Positions 18,523 through 26,857 of a DNA stretch of 46,167 bases are shown one piece after another (position 1 is the first letter of the stretch; each line of letters starts with the position of its first letter). Under the pieces are notes generated by a model, which worked only from the letters and a program-made list of their open reading frames with translations, searched no databases and was not told where the DNA came from. The position numbers were made by a program, and so were the translations under genes. Origin of the DNA: an uncultured bacterium (GTDB taxonomy: Bacteria > Fidelibacterota > Marinisomatia > Marinisomatales > UBA1611); contig CAYZJY010000004.1 in NCBI GenBank assembly GCA_964478995.1, positions 1-46,167 of the forward strand, in the 5' to 3' direction.

Positions 18523-19988
18523 GGTTTAGGCCACTTCTCAATATTATTGGCGCGCTCCTTTCAATATTAGGCACTACAATGGTAGTGCCTATTTTTATTT
18601 CTTTAGGTTATGGTGAGTCTGATTTAAATGGATTTTTGATATCCTCTGTTTTATGTATTGGTTTAGGATTGCCATTATGGTTAACAACAAGATACTCGAG
18701 AACTCTAACTAATCGAGATGGTTTTGCCATTGTAACATTTTCATGGATTATTACTGCGATCATTGGTGCTCTACCTTTTTATTTTTCTGGTGCCATTCCT
18801 GATGTTACAGATGCATTCTTTGAGTCCATGTCAGGTGTGACAACAACAGGAGCATCCATCCTAGGCAGTACAATCACACATCCTCATTTAGAAAATGGAA
18901 TTGAAAGTTTACCCCATGGAATTCTTTTTTGGCGTTCCTTCATTCAATGGATCGGAGGAATGGGCATTGTAGTGTTCTATATCGCCATACTTCCACTGCT
19001 GGGTGTTGGTGGTGTACAATTATTTAAAGCCGAGGTGCCTGGGCCAGTAGCTGATAAGATAAAACCCAGAGTACGGGAGACGGCTAAATTCCTTTGGATT
19101 GTATATGTAGGAATTACCCTTGCGGAGGTCTTAGCATTAATGGGTGCTGGCATGGACGCATTTGATTCAATTTGTCATGCATTAACAACAATGCCTACTG
19201 GTGGTTTCTCTACAAAAAATGCGAGCATCGGTCACTATGATAGTTCGATAATTCATTACATAATAATATTTTTCATGTTCATAGCTGGGGTGAATTTCTC
19301 GTTGCATTTTCGAGCGATCAATGGTGACATGGGTTCATATAAAAAAGATACTGAATTTATTGTATACATCATTGGAATGGTTGCTGTCACTCTATTGATC
19401 TTCTTTTCAGTTGCATCCCAAAACAATGAATTCTCACAATCAAAATTTAGAGAATCGTTATTTGTAACGGTCTCAATCTTTACTACTACAGGGTTTGGTT
19501 CTGCTGATTATGAATTATGGCCAGTATTTGTACAAGCGGTGCTCTTAACTTTGATGTTTGTAGGAGGCATGGGTGGCTCAACTGGTGGTGGAATGAAAGT
19601 GATCCGATGCATGCTTTTAGTGAAATATGCAGCATTGGAAACTAGACGAATGCTCCATTCAAGGGCATTGATACCTGTAAGGATAGGAAAACAATTGATA
19701 AAAGAAGATGTAGTGAGAAATACTTTGGGTTTTTTCTTATTTTTCATGTCTGCATTCATTATTGCTACAATTTGCCTTTCATCAATGGGACTAGATCTGG
19801 AATCTTCAATAGGTGCAGCCGCATCAGCAATGGGTAACATAGGTCCTGGACTAGGAGACTTTGGGCCTACGGATAATTATGCATTATTATCCGATCCAGG
19901 CAAATGGGTACTGACTTTTTGCATGTTATTAGGCAGACTGGAAATTTTTACAGTAATGGTATTATTTAGTAAGACCTTTTGGAAATAG
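18519..19988 (+). CDS. trkH: Trk potassium uptake system membrane protein TrkH
   Basis: 489 aa polytopic membrane protein with selectivity-filter-like repeats (SGVTTTGAS, MPTGGFST, TTTGFGS, GSTGGGMK). It overlaps trkA in an ATGA junction. Confidence 0.93.
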   Translation: MRFRPLLNIIGALLSILGTTMVVPIFISLGYGESDLNGFLISSVLCIGLGLPLWLTTRYSRTLTNRDGFAIVTFSWIITAIIGALPFYFSGAIPDVTDAFFESMSGVTTTGASILGSTITHPHLENGIESLPHGILFWRSFIQWIGGMGIVVFYIAILPLLGVGGVQLFKAEVPGPVADKIKPRVRETAKFLWIVYVGITLAEVLALMGAGMDAFDSICHALTTMPTGGFSTKNASIGHYDSSIIHYIIIFFMFIAGVNFSLHFRAINGDMGSYKKDTEFIVYIIGMVAVTLLIFFSVASQNNEFSQSKFRESLFVTVSIFTTTGFGSADYELWPVFVQAVLLTLMFVGGMGGSTGGGMKVIRCMLLVKYAALETRRMLHSRALIPVRIGKQLIKEDVVRNTLGFFLFFMSAFIIATICLSSMGLDLESSIGAAASAMGNIGPGLGDFGPTDNYALLSDPGKWVLTFCMLLGRLEIFTVMVLFSKTFWK

Positions 19989-19997
19989 GAAATTAAT

Positions 19998-20768
19998 ATG
20001 TTCATCAATAAAAAAATTATGGACCAAATTGGTATTTTAACAATTGATAGACAAGACTCATTAAATGCAATGAATCCTGATGTCTTAAAAGAATTAGATC
20101 AATCAGTTAAAGGATTTATTAGTGATGAAGATTTAGGTGTCATAATAATCACTGGTGCTGGAGATAAAGCATTCATTGCAGGTGCAGATATCAAATTAAT
20201 GCAAGATCTTGATACAAAAGGAGGTCTGGAATTTGGAAAGTTAGGTCAGGAAGTGACAATGACCATAGAGGATTCACCAAAACCTGTTCTTGCTGCGATC
20301 AATGGTTTTGCATTGGGTGGTGGTTGTGAGATCTCCATGGCATGTCATGTAAGATATGCTAGTGAAAATGCAATATTTGCACAACCTGAAGTAAAATTAG
20401 GACTTATTCCTGGTTGGGGAGGTACCCAACGGCTTCCAAGAATAGTGGGCATGGGTAATGCAACAGAATTAATCATAGGTGGTCATATGATAGATGCAAG
20501 GGAAGCTTTGAGGATTGGTTTGGTCAATAAAATTTTCCCGCTTGAAAATCTTTTGGAAGAGACTATTAACTTTGCCAAAGAAATACTAAAGAATGGGCCG
20601 GACTGCATAGCGGAATCATTGAGATGTATTAATAATTCTGCTGGTCATTCTCTCATGGAAGGCCTAGATATTGAAGTTGAGGCTTTCAGCAAACTATTTG
20701 GCACAGATGAGACAACAGAAGGATTGAATGCATTTGTTGATAAGAGAAAACCAAAATTTAGAGGTTAA
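19998..20768 (+). CDS. Enoyl-CoA hydratase/isomerase (crotonase) family protein
   Basis: 256 aa with ITGAGDKAFIAGADI, AAINGFALGGGCEISMACH and PEVKLGLIPGWGGTQRLPR. Confidence 0.92.
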   Translation: MFINKKIMDQIGILTIDRQDSLNAMNPDVLKELDQSVKGFISDEDLGVIIITGAGDKAFIAGADIKLMQDLDTKGGLEFGKLGQEVTMTIEDSPKPVLAAINGFALGGGCEISMACHVRYASENAIFAQPEVKLGLIPGWGGTQRLPRIVGMGNATELIIGGHMIDAREALRIGLVNKIFPLENLLEETINFAKEILKNGPDCIAESLRCINNSAGHSLMEGLDIEVEAFSKLFGTDETTEGLNAFVDKRKPKFRG

Positions 20769-21806
20769 ATGCCACGCTATGTGATCTTAGCTCATGGAGC
20801 ATTTGATTATATTTACAGTAAGACTGGCAACATGCTTATTCGATATCAACCTAAGGATGTTGTTGCAGTAATTGACTCTAGCCAAGTTGGTAAAACTGCA
20901 GATGACGTATTGGGATGGGGTGGAAGTATCCCTTGTGTTGCTAGTTTTAATGATACAAAACAATTTTCGCCAACTCATCTAATCATAGGTAGCGCACCTC
21001 AAGGTGGTTTTCTAGATGATCTAAGTTTAATTGAAATAAATAATGCAATTGATTCTGGTTGTCATATCGTTAGTGGTATGCATGTCTTCTTAAATGAAGA
21101 TAGATCGCTTGTAAAAAAATCTATTGAAAATAACGTAAAACTAATTGATTTGCGCAAACCTCCTGATCCGCCACATTTTCCCAGTGGTAGTTGGAAAAGC
21201 CGTAATTTTCCAGTACTGATGGTAGTTGGTTCAGATTGTGATACAGGCAAAATGACCACTGCTTGGGAGATCACTCAATTATTAAAAAAAAATAATATGA
21301 ATGTTGAGTTTCTTGGTACTGGTCAAACCGGAATTCTTCTTTCTGGAAAGGGAGTTCCCATTGATGCAGTGACGGCTGATTTTCTGGCTGGAGAGATGGA
21401 GTATTGCCTTGATCAATATGAAGATGACATCGATCTAGTTGTTGTTGAGGGACAAGGAGCATTGAATAACATGTTCTATTCTGGAGTGACATTGGGATTG
21501 CTACATGGTTGCATGCCGGATTTTTTGATATTGACTCATGAACCTGGTCGCGAAGTTGATGTTTCAGATCATCCAATTCCTCCATTAAAGGAATTGATGG
21601 AACTATACCTAGACCTATTAAAGCCTTTTAAAGATTCAGCATTTTTAGGGATGAATTTTTTAACATTAAAACTTGATGAAGACTCTGCTCTGGAATATAT
21701 GTCAGATACTCAGAAAGCATTTAATATTCCAGTAACAGACCTAATTCGTTTTAAAGATAAGGAATTGGTTTCTACTATCAAAAATGCAATAACGGAATGG
21801 AAATAG
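20769..21806 (+). CDS. DUF1611-family protein (DgcN-like putative N-acetyltransferase)
   Basis: 345 aa. The size and the blocks VVGSDCDTGKMTTAWE (P-loop-like), GTGQTGIL and VVVEGQGAL match my memory of DUF1611. It is coupled to an enolase-superfamily epimerase gene by a 10-nt overlap, which is the usual genomic partner of this family. Confidence 0.65.
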   Translation: MPRYVILAHGAFDYIYSKTGNMLIRYQPKDVVAVIDSSQVGKTADDVLGWGGSIPCVASFNDTKQFSPTHLIIGSAPQGGFLDDLSLIEINNAIDSGCHIVSGMHVFLNEDRSLVKKSIENNVKLIDLRKPPDPPHFPSGSWKSRNFPVLMVVGSDCDTGKMTTAWEITQLLKKNNMNVEFLGTGQTGILLSGKGVPIDAVTADFLAGEMEYCLDQYEDDIDLVVVEGQGALNNMFYSGVTLGLLHGCMPDFLILTHEPGREVDVSDHPIPPLKELMELYLDLLKPFKDSAFLGMNFLTLKLDEDSALEYMSDTQKAFNIPVTDLIRFKDKELVSTIKNAITEWK

Positions 21807-22828
21807 ATTACATACCCTATAGAATTAAATTAAAACATACCTTTGGCATAGCAAGGAGCACGAATGATTGGTATGATATTGTAATTATTTATATCAAGGA
21901 TGGAACAATTATCGCAAGAGGCGAGGCTGCTCCATCTGCTCGTTATAATGAGTCTATTGACCATATTATCGCAGTATTAAATAAATTAGTACTCTTACCT
22001 GAAGATTGCTCTGATAGAAAAAAGATATGGGAATATATTCATCCTCAATTAGATGGAATAAAGTCCCTAGAAGCAGGTTTTAGTATGGCATTATGGGATT
22101 GGTGGGGGCAAAAGGTGGGTAAACCAATACATGAATTATTGAATATTGATTCTTCAAACATGCCCCATACCAGTTATACAATTGCCATTGGGAAGTTAGA
22201 TGAAATTGGTCCAAAAGTAGATGAAGCCAAACCTTATTCCATCTTAAAGGTCAAACTAGGTACCCCTGAAATGGATAAAGAGATTATCAGAGAAGTTAGA
22301 AGGCACACTGATAAATTGATCAGGGTCGATGCTAATGAAGGATGGCGAACCGATAATGCATTAAAGATGTGCCATTGGCTGGCAGACCAAAACATTGAAT
22401 TTATTGAACAGCCATTTCCTGCAAATGAATTGGATCTAACTGCAAAATTAAAAGATCTGTCCCCCTTGGATATATATGCTGATGAAAATAGTTTATGTTC
22501 AAATGACATACATGATATAAAAAATGCATTTGATGGTATTAATATCAAATTAATGAAATGTGGTTCCCTAGAAGAAGGCAAGAGCATGATTGATGTGGCA
22601 AGATCTTATGACTTGAAGGTGATGCTAGGTTGCATGGTTGAAACTTCAATAGGCATTACTGCTGCATCGCATCTTGCGGGGGATGTTGATGTGGCGGACT
22701 TGGATGGTAATTTACTTATTAATAATGATCCATACATTGGAGTGAATGTGGTAAATGGTAGATTGACCTTACCTAAACAAAATGGATGTGGAATAAAATT
22801 AGATCCAAAGATCAAAGGCTTGATATAA
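21797..22828 (+). CDS. Enolase-superfamily dipeptide epimerase-like protein (L-Ala-D/L-Glu epimerase / N-acetyl-D-Glu racemase DgcA-like)
   Basis: 343 aa with the KxK motif ILKVKLG, metal ligands in RVDANEGW, FIEQP and YADEN, a second catalytic Lys in INIKLMKCG, and C-terminal VADLDGN. Confidence 0.8.
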   Translation: MEIDYIPYRIKLKHTFGIARSTNDWYDIVIIYIKDGTIIARGEAAPSARYNESIDHIIAVLNKLVLLPEDCSDRKKIWEYIHPQLDGIKSLEAGFSMALWDWWGQKVGKPIHELLNIDSSNMPHTSYTIAIGKLDEIGPKVDEAKPYSILKVKLGTPEMDKEIIREVRRHTDKLIRVDANEGWRTDNALKMCHWLADQNIEFIEQPFPANELDLTAKLKDLSPLDIYADENSLCSNDIHDIKNAFDGINIKLMKCGSLEEGKSMIDVARSYDLKVMLGCMVETSIGITAASHLAGDVDVADLDGNLLINNDPYIGVNVVNGRLTLPKQNGCGIKLDPKIKGLI

Positions 22829-23235
22829 TGAAAATAATTGGTATAGAACATATTGGTATTGCTGTCAAAAACTTAGATAGAGATTCCAAATTTTGGAATG
22901 AAATACTAGGGATTAACCTATCTTCAACAGAGGACGTTGATGACCAAGGTGTGAAAACTGACATATATGATACAGGCTCAGGAAAAATAGAGTTACTTTT
23001 ATCAAAATACCCAAATTCACCGATTGATAAATTCATTCAAAAAAGGGGGCCTGGCATTCATCATATCTGCTTAGAGGTAGAAAATATTGATGATGCAATT
23101 AAATTTATGCTTAAGAATGATATAAAGTTAATTGGAGATGAACCTACCATTGGTGCAGAAGGATATAGGGTAATTTTTATTCATCCAACTTCAGCAGGAG
23201 GGGTATTAGTGGAGTTGGCAGAAAAGCCAGCGTAG
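22828..23235 (+). CDS. mce: Methylmalonyl-CoA epimerase (VOC/glyoxalase fold)
   Basis: 135 aa from the ATG at 22828 (TAATG junction with the epimerase stop). It has IEHIGIAVKNL, GPGIHHICLEVENIDD and IFIHPTSAGGVLVELAEK. The listed start at 22786 would overlap the upstream gene by 43 nt and adds non-homologous residues. Confidence 0.88.
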   Translation: MKIIGIEHIGIAVKNLDRDSKFWNEILGINLSSTEDVDDQGVKTDIYDTGSGKIELLLSKYPNSPIDKFIQKRGPGIHHICLEVENIDDAIKFMLKNDIKLIGDEPTIGAEGYRVIFIHPTSAGGVLVELAEKPA

Positions 23236-23238
23236 ATC

Positions 23239-24693
23239 TTATTTTTTTAGAAAACTAGGCAATTTGAAGATACTTTTATTTTTCTTTGCCTTTGATTTAT
23301 CCTTACGTCTATTCTTTTTTGTGTAATTCTTGAGATCTTCCATGGGGTTATCTCCTTCATCCAATACAATAAGTTCATCGTCGATCAATCTACCCATGTC
23401 ATAGACTGATTTTCTAAGAGGTAGGCCTTTTGAATCATATTGTATCCATTCGCCATTCTTTTTTGTACCCTTCATCAATCCTCTTTCCTTGACACGTCCA
23501 TTTCTATGGTATTTAACTATTAATTCATGGCCGGGAGGTGTTGTATTGGCTATGACTTCTCTACGTTTATCTACAACAGAAGTATCATATTTTACATATG
23601 TTTGTTTTACTAGGTTCTTTACTGTATCTTGGACCAATGTTGTATCAAATGTCAAAATTTTGAGAGTGTCAAAGATGACATTTTTATATTTCATTTCTGG
23701 ACCAATAAAAGTAGGATCTTGTGGTTTTCTTGTAATGGCTTGAACCACTGCTGTGGAATAGATCTCTTGAAGTTTTTTATATTCAACTTCAGCACGGGTC
23801 CAGTCACCACCTGCAGCATTCAAAGCTTGATTTATCCATCCTTGTGCAGATTTATCACCCATGTCTCTTGCTCTTAGTGCATCGCCTAATGTCTTGTATT
23901 TGGGAAAGGCAGATTGTTTTTGGTCTATCATGTCAGGAGTGAAATTATCAGGAAATTTACTTGAGTAGGTGTGGATGGTAACGGTATCATTGTTTGAGAC
24001 TACCAGTGTATCATATGTTTTTATAGTATCAACTGCAAAAAGCCAGATGGAATCCCTTACGACAGTAGTGTCGGTCGCATACACCCAGGTCGTATCATAG
24101 AAATATGTAGTATCATAAGCAAAGGCCCATACTGTATCTTTCATTATGGTTGTATCATAATTAACAAGAACAGTTGTATCCATCACAAAAATGGTATCAT
24201 AATTTGTTTGAATGACAGTTGTCGTATCATAGTTATTTATATAGACACTATCTATGAGAACCACTGTATCGTAAACTGTTGTAGTAGCATTTGTATATAT
24301 GAATGTTGTATCTAGGACCGTGGTGGTATCATAAAGGGTCGTATAAACAAATACAGTGTCATTAAGATTTTGAGACAGTTTCTCCTCATAGTTATTCTTT
24401 AATTCGTTGGATTGTTTTAGAAGTTCGGCAACCGTGTTTTTCAAACTGTCAAGTTCATTGCGATAAGTAGTCTCAACCTTTTTAGTACGGGCTAGAGCTT
24501 TGCTCTTTTCTATTTTTTGAACTCTTGGCTTTGATTTTTCTTTTTTATTTTCTTTCTCAAAGAGAGGACGCGGTGCTTCGATTATGGAACCAGATTGTGT
24601 TCTATAAACTTTTCTCTTTTTTTGACTAGAATTATCTTGTGCTGTCAATAGGACGCACAAAGAGAGTGCCACAGTTATTTGAACTCTACGCAT
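23239..24693 (-). CDS. Secreted repeat protein of unknown function (Lys-rich / coiled-coil N-region, 14-residue YDT repeat array, helical domain, MORN/YwqK-like repeat, Lys-rich tail)
   Basis: 484 aa with signal peptide MRRVQITVALSLCVLLTAQ. The repeat array spans residues 111-244. The C-terminal KYHRNGRVKERGLMKGTKKNGEWIQYDSKG resembles MORN-variant (YwqK-type) repeats. I recognise no characterised homologue. Confidence 0.75.
   Translation of the reverse strand: MRRVQITVALSLCVLLTAQDNSSQKKRKVYRTQSGSIIEAPRPLFEKENKKEKSKPRVQKIEKSKALARTKKVETTYRNELDSLKNTVAELLKQSNELKNNYEEKLSQNLNDTVFVYTTLYDTTTVLDTTFIYTNATTTVYDTVVLIDSVYINNYDTTTVIQTNYDTIFVMDTTVLVNYDTTIMKDTVWAFAYDTTYFYDTTWVYATDTTVVRDSIWLFAVDTIKTYDTLVVSNNDTVTIHTYSSKFPDNFTPDMIDQKQSAFPKYKTLGDALRARDMGDKSAQGWINQALNAAGGDWTRAEVEYKKLQEIYSTAVVQAITRKPQDPTFIGPEMKYKNVIFDTLKILTFDTTLVQDTVKNLVKQTYVKYDTSVVDKRREVIANTTPPGHELIVKYHRNGRVKERGLMKGTKKNGEWIQYDSKGLPLRKSVYDMGRLIDDELIVLDEGDNPMEDLKNYTKKNRRKDKSKAKKNKSIFKLPSFLKK
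23962..24363 (-). repeat. Coding tandem repeat with 42-nt (14-codon) period encoding YDTTxVxDTxWxxA/N-like units
   Basis: On the + strand the core appears as recurring GTATCATA (reverse complement TATGATAC = Tyr-Asp-Thr). Asp-Thr/Ser dipeptides recur at alternating 6- and 8-residue spacing through ten consecutive intervals. Confidence 0.8.
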
Positions 24694-24968
24694 ATATTAA
24701 TTTAATTTTATCTTTATTTGGATATTACTTGGATTACCGACCCTGAGTATACCACTCAATACAGAAGCATAACCATACTCAATTTTAAAAACAAATTATT
24801 TTTTTAAAAATAAAAAACGATTTTATTCATTTGCGTCAAAGGATGATCATGCTTTGTTCAGCAATTATAACCTTGAAATAAATATTAACAGTTAAAGTTA
24901 GATCTTAAATGATATTTTATCTTTTTTGTGAATAGTGCCTAATTTTTAATTGCAACATAGTCAATTTA

Positions 24969-26789
24969 ATGAAAAACCTTCTTCAGAAAAAGATCATGCA
25001 GGCACCTACAAAGCCTGGTGTTTATCACTTCCTCAATTCGAAAAATAGAATCATCTATATTGGAAAAGCAAAAAACATTAGAAATCGAATACGAACTTAT
25101 TTTCAGAAAAGTAATAATCGATCCCCAAAGAATATTACCATGGTCAAGCATGTGACCGATCTCGAGTGGATTGTCGTGAGAAATGAAGTTGAGGCACTAA
25201 TGACTGAGGCAAATCTGATAAAAGAGCATCAACCCCGCTATAATGTAGATTTGAGGGATGATAAATCATATCCATTCATAAGGGTGACCAATGAACCTTT
25301 CCCTCAAGTATTCTTAACAAGAAAAGTTATTCGAGATGGATCGAAGTATTATGGTCCATTTACTGATTCTCGGCGTTTACGAATGATATTAAAGGCATTG
25401 AATAAAGTTTTTCCAATTAGGAGTTGTAGTTATTTCATAGATGAAAATACAATAAAAGAAAAGAAGATCTCGCTTTGCTTGGATTATCATATAAAAAAAT
25501 GTGAAGGGCCCTGTGAAGGGCTTGTATCCAAAGTTCAATATTTGACAATGATTGATAGGATAGAAGATTTTTTGAAGGGTCGTACTAAGATAACGGAATC
25601 TTATTTAAATGAAATGATGATGATGGCATCTGAAGGTCAAAAATATGAAGAGGCCGCAATGTACAGAGATCAACTTAATGCAATAGAATCATTCAAAAGT
25701 AAACAAAGTCATGTCGCCACAGATTTTACTGAAAGGGATGTCATAACATTGGCGAAGGAGGGTAGCCTAGGTGTAGCGGTAGTATTAAGAATTAGAAATG
25801 GAAAAATATTTAGTCGAGACAAATTATTGCTTAAACAATTAAGCCAGGATGATGGAGTCACAATGAAAACGGTTATAATGCGATTCTATATGGATAGTGA
25901 CTTTTTACCAAAGGAGATCTCATTACAGTTTTCACCTAAGGATGAAGCTGATTTGATCCTTTGGCTAAAAAAGAAAAAGAAAGGTGCCATAAGGTTTATA
26001 TATCCAAAAAAGGGAGAGAAGGTCAAGGAATTAAAGGTTACCATGCAGAATTCCAAATTATTATTGGGAGAGTGGCTTATTAATAGACAGAAGAGAAAAG
26101 ACCAAGTACCTAGGCTTTTGGCGCAATTGAAGGAAGATTTGAACATGGATGAGCCTCCTAGAAAAATTGAGGCAATTGACATCTCTCATTTAGGAGGAAG
26201 CAATACTGTAGCATCACTCGTACATTTTTTTGATGGACAACCAAAAAGGTCACAATATAGGAAGTATAATATAAAATCTGTAAATGGAATAGATGATTTT
26301 GCAGCCATGAGAGAAGTTGTCTTACGAAGATATAAAAGGGTAAAGGAAGAAAATACCACTATCCCTGACCTTATTTTAGTTGATGGAGGTAAAGGGCAGT
26401 TGAGCATGGCCTTGTCTGCACTTAGAGAATTGGGGATGGATTATATTCCAATTATTGGTTTAGCAAAAAAACTTGAAGAGGTATTTGTTCCCGGTAACTC
26501 CGAACCACAAGTGATTCATAAAAGTAGTCCTGGACTCTTGTTATTGAGAAGAATAAGAGATGAGGCCCATCGGTTTGCAATTACCTTCCAAAAGAGTAAA
26601 AGGAAAAAACAATTAACTAAATCTATATTTGATGATATTAGAGGTTTAGGAAAAAAGAGGATGGTAAAACTTTTGCAAACTTTCAATGGGCCTAAGGAAA
26701 TTGCAGGGTTAACACCTGAAGTCATAAGTGCTGAAACTAAGATTCCTATAAAAATAGCAAAAGAAATAATTAAAGTAGCAAAAAAATAA
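24969..26789 (+). CDS. uvrC: Excinuclease ABC subunit C
   Basis: 606 aa with an N-terminal GIY-YIG nuclease (PGVYHFLNSKNRIIYIGKAKNIRNRIRTYF), a UVR motif, an Endo V-like domain (IEAIDISHLGG) and a C-terminal helix-hairpin-helix. Confidence 0.96.
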   Translation: MKNLLQKKIMQAPTKPGVYHFLNSKNRIIYIGKAKNIRNRIRTYFQKSNNRSPKNITMVKHVTDLEWIVVRNEVEALMTEANLIKEHQPRYNVDLRDDKSYPFIRVTNEPFPQVFLTRKVIRDGSKYYGPFTDSRRLRMILKALNKVFPIRSCSYFIDENTIKEKKISLCLDYHIKKCEGPCEGLVSKVQYLTMIDRIEDFLKGRTKITESYLNEMMMMASEGQKYEEAAMYRDQLNAIESFKSKQSHVATDFTERDVITLAKEGSLGVAVVLRIRNGKIFSRDKLLLKQLSQDDGVTMKTVIMRFYMDSDFLPKEISLQFSPKDEADLILWLKKKKKGAIRFIYPKKGEKVKELKVTMQNSKLLLGEWLINRQKRKDQVPRLLAQLKEDLNMDEPPRKIEAIDISHLGGSNTVASLVHFFDGQPKRSQYRKYNIKSVNGIDDFAAMREVVLRRYKRVKEENTTIPDLILVDGGKGQLSMALSALRELGMDYIPIIGLAKKLEEVFVPGNSEPQVIHKSSPGLLLLRRIRDEAHRFAITFQKSKRKKQLTKSIFDDIRGLGKKRMVKLLQTFNGPKEIAGLTPEVISAETKIPIKIAKEIIKVAKK

Positions 26790-26857
26790 TCTATCAATAA
26801 AATTAGATTAAAGTCTGCCATTGACCACCCTCGGTTAATCTGTGTAAATTAGACAAT

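Noticed and set aside
24694-24968. The largest intergenic region (275 nt), very AT-rich, with an A/T palindrome (tttttaaaaa) and a weak inverted repeat GAGTAT..ATACTC. I considered a small RNA or a mobile-element scar.
   Set aside because: It is a divergent promoter region between the YDT repeat gene and uvrC. I can see no stable GC-containing structure, no terminal inverted repeats or direct-repeat duplications, and no tRNA/tmRNA-like fold. There is insufficient evidence for an RNA gene.
26840-26855. LexA-box-like CTGT-N8-GACA just upstream of uvrB
   Set aside because: The right half-site is GACA rather than ACAG, so the palindrome is broken. There is no second copy upstream of uvrC or recN. 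It is not convincing without a clade-specific motif model.
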